This document shows positions 16,765-19,123 of a stretch of 19,123 nucleotides of DNA, piece by piece. Source of the stretch: an uncultured bacterium (GTDB lineage Bacteria > Hydrogenedentota > Hydrogenedentia > Hydrogenedentales > JAEUWI01); the NCBI GenBank assembly GCA_963977445.1, contig CAXBPH010000125.1, positions 1-19,123 of the forward strand, in the 5' to 3' direction. Under the pieces are notes generated by a model that was given only the letters and a program-made list of their open reading frames with translations, searched no databases and had not been told where the DNA came from. The position numbers and the translations under genes are program-made. Each line of letters opens with the position of its first letter. The stretch's first letter is position 1.

Positions 16765-17421
16765 ATGCAAGAACTACTTGATTGGCGTCTGGAAGACGTA
16801 CCGCCGGAGCAGGCCATGCTCGTGATGATAGCGGCGGCGGTAATTGGCGCACTCTATTGCTTTCTGGGCTATCGTTTGCTGAAGTTTATCCTGGGCCTGA
16901 CCGGATTCCTCCTCGCGGGCGTGGCGGCTGCCATGATTGTCGGCTTTCTCAGCTATGGGAATGTCCCCGGTATGGCTGTTGCCTTATTCGTCGGGGGGAT
17001 TTGTGGGGCCATGGCTCTGTTCTTCCTCTACCGGACCGGGATATTCTGTGTCGGCATGTTGGGGACCCTCGTGGTCTCTTACCACCTTCTCCATACCCGT
17101 CCTGAGCCCTGGATTTTATGGGCGGTAGCAGGCCTTGGTCTGGTGGGTGGTCTGTTGGCGCTACTTGTTGAGCGACCGGTGATGAAGCTGGCGACGGCCG
17201 CCATCGGCGCGATGATTTTGACCCATTCGGGCCTCGCCATCGCACAGGATCGGGGATGGCTCGACGCGCTGGCGGAAAAATCGACGATGGCCGATGGGCA
17301 ACTTCCGGATTTGCCCTATCTTACCTATGGTGCCATGGCCGCCTGGGGCCTGCTGGCACTTCTTGGGGCGTTGTTTCAATTCAGGCAAGGCCGAAAAAGA
17401 AGAATTATTCAGTCTGGATAA
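16765..17421 (+). CDS. multi-pass membrane protein, DUF4203-like
   Basis: GALYCFLGYRLLKFILGLTGFLLAG start, about 7 Gly-rich TM helices, TAAIGA, terminal FQ + basic tail; AGGAG RBS. Confidence 0.8.
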   Translation: MQELLDWRLEDVPPEQAMLVMIAAAVIGALYCFLGYRLLKFILGLTGFLLAGVAAAMIVGFLSYGNVPGMAVALFVGGICGAMALFFLYRTGIFCVGMLGTLVVSYHLLHTRPEPWILWAVAGLGLVGGLLALLVERPVMKLATAAIGAMILTHSGLAIAQDRGWLDALAEKSTMADGQLPDLPYLTYGAMAAWGLLALLGALFQFRQGRKRRIIQSG

Positions 17422-17519
17422 GGGGGCCCGGGGCCTGGTTGGCCCTCGGACTCACACGTCAGATTAATAGGCTCGAAACCCTGCCCAGGTCGGGCAACAC
17501 GAAAGGAATCGGATTTCCA

Positions 17520-18926
17520 ATGACCGAAAGACACCGCATCCATTTCTCTGGTATCGGCGGCACCGCCATGGTCGCGGGTGCCCGTCTGGCGCTGGAAGCC
17601 GGTTGGGAAGTGCGGGGAAGTGACAACCCCCTCTACCCGCCCACCTCCGACATGGTGGCGGCGCTGGGGGTGCCTGTGTCCGAGGGGTACCTGGAAGAGA
17701 ATCTGGACTGGGATCCCCATGTCGTCTTGTTGGGCAACGTATTGAGTCGTGGCAACGCCGAAGTAGAGGCCGCCCTTTCCCGCCGCGTGCGCTATATGAG
17801 TCTGCCGGAGTGGCTGAAGGAACATGTGCTTCGCCAACGTCGGACGGTGGCCATTTGCGGCACCCACGGAAAAACGACCACCACCGGCATTGTGGCCCAG
17901 CTACTCGAACATGCGGGCCTGAAGCCAGGCTACCTTGTGGGCGGTCAGCCCCTGAATTTTGAAAACTCTGCCCGACTGGGTGCCGAGGGTGCACCTTTCG
18001 TCATTGAGGGCGACGAGTACGACACGGCTTTCTTCGATAAGCGCGCCAAGTTTTTTCACTACATGCCGGAGGTGGCCGTGGTCACCTCGCTGGAATTCGA
18101 TCATGGCGATATTTACCCCGATCTCGCGTCTATTGAACTGACCTTTCAGCGCATGCTCCGACAGATTCCTGCGGAAGGACGACTGATTTGCTGCGCCGAC
18201 AATCACGCGGTGAGCCTGAGAGAACATGCCTATTGCCCCGTGGAGACCTATGGCTTTTCCGAGGGTGCCGATTGGCGTGGCGAAGTGTTGGGTGTCGCGA
18301 ATGGTCAGCAACAGTTGCGTGTGACCTACCTGGGTGAAAGCTATGGCGAAGTCATGACGACCCTGACGGGGATGCACAACTTGCAGAATCTCCTGGCTGC
18401 TGTCGCGGTGGGCAATTACTTTGAGGTTCCCCCGGCCGACGTTTGCGCAGGCGTCGCGTCGTTTCGCGGCGTTAAACGTCGTATGGAAACCTTTCTGGAG
18501 ACCGGCGGGGTTACCTATATCGATGATTTCGCCCACCACCCCACCGCTATTGCCGAGACGATTGCCGGGGCCAAAACCCGTTGGCCCGAGAGCCGACTAC
18601 GGGTGCTCTTTGAACCCCGAAGCAACACCACCGTAACCAATCGTTTTTTTGATGAGATGCACGATGCCTTCGTGGCGGCCGGCGAGGTGCATCTGGGCCC
18701 GATTTACCGTGGGGACCAGATTCCAGATGGCGAACGGTTGGACCGCGAGCGATTGGCCATGGGCTTGGGTGCCGTTGGCTGTTCCGCCATGGTCTGGGAT
18801 GATCCCACGGCGCTGGCGGGTCATATTCAGGCGACCGGGCAGTCCGGTGATATTGTGCTTATCTTGAGCAACGGTGCCTTTGGTGGAATCTACAACACTT
18901 TTCGGCAATTGTCCCAATCTAAATGA
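17520..18926 (+). CDS. mpl: murein peptide ligase (UDP-MurNAc:L-Ala-gamma-D-Glu-mDAP ligase), MurC/Mpl family
   Basis: GIGGTAM, YPPTSDM, GTHGKTTT, FVIEGDEYDTAFFDKRAKF, DDFAHHPTAI, FEPRSNT, SNGAFGG; start ATG 17520 after AAAGGA. Confidence 0.92.
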   Translation: MTERHRIHFSGIGGTAMVAGARLALEAGWEVRGSDNPLYPPTSDMVAALGVPVSEGYLEENLDWDPHVVLLGNVLSRGNAEVEAALSRRVRYMSLPEWLKEHVLRQRRTVAICGTHGKTTTTGIVAQLLEHAGLKPGYLVGGQPLNFENSARLGAEGAPFVIEGDEYDTAFFDKRAKFFHYMPEVAVVTSLEFDHGDIYPDLASIELTFQRMLRQIPAEGRLICCADNHAVSLREHAYCPVETYGFSEGADWRGEVLGVANGQQQLRVTYLGESYGEVMTTLTGMHNLQNLLAAVAVGNYFEVPPADVCAGVASFRGVKRRMETFLETGGVTYIDDFAHHPTAIAETIAGAKTRWPESRLRVLFEPRSNTTVTNRFFDEMHDAFVAAGEVHLGPIYRGDQIPDGERLDRERLAMGLGAVGCSAMVWDDPTALAGHIQATGQSGDIVLILSNGAFGGIYNTFRQLSQSK

Positions 18927-19052
18927 TAGTTAATCCAGCGGCTCTGCCGGTGAGAATTCATCAGGCTCAGCCGTTCCGTCGAGTTCTTCTACGGTTAGCT
19001 CAAGCAGCGTAATTTTTGTAGTGTTGCAGAATAGCTCGGTCCAAGCGTTCTT

Positions 19053-19111
19053 AGCCCCGGAGGGGCGGTATATCGTAGATAGAATGAGAAGGCCGGCTCC
19101 TCGCGGAGTCG
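19053..19111. repeat. REP-like hairpin element, probably continuing beyond the window
   Basis: AGCCCCGGAGGGGCGGTATATCGTAG (GCCCC/GGGGC hairpin followed by GTAG) and a second hairpin GGCTCCTCGCGGAGTC. Confidence 0.45.
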
Positions 19112-19123
19112 TATAAAATACGC

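Noticed and set aside
17256..17519. 88-aa N-terminal extension of Mpl
   Set aside because: It overlaps the upstream gene; family similarity and an RBS point to ATG 17520.

Overview
Bacterial chromosomal window, mostly minus-strand genes. From left to right: a truncated GAF-GGDEF diguanylate cyclase; a probable MoxR ATPase / Ser-Thr kinase / TPR-LysM-L,D-transpeptidase operon; a divergent secreted Gly-rich protein with an STN-like domain; an intergenic tract with two ~225-bp REP-doublet-like repeats and 9-mer repeats; nrdR; rsmD; an AT-rich intergenic region with two perfect DnaA boxes; argG, argF and argD; an FmdB zinc-ribbon gene; a sigma54 response regulator, a histidine kinase and a secreted six-EF-hand protein; a DUF4203-like membrane protein; and mpl. 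Highlights: (1) a ZraP/S/R-like module in which a secreted EF-hand protein takes the accessory role, with a visible sigma54 promoter and paired enhancer sites; (2) a candidate replication origin not next to dnaA; (3) tandem REPIN-like elements with a 21-nt insertion in one arm; (4) tandem NrdR boxes over the nrdR promoter. All calls come from reading the sequence by eye; no database searches were run.
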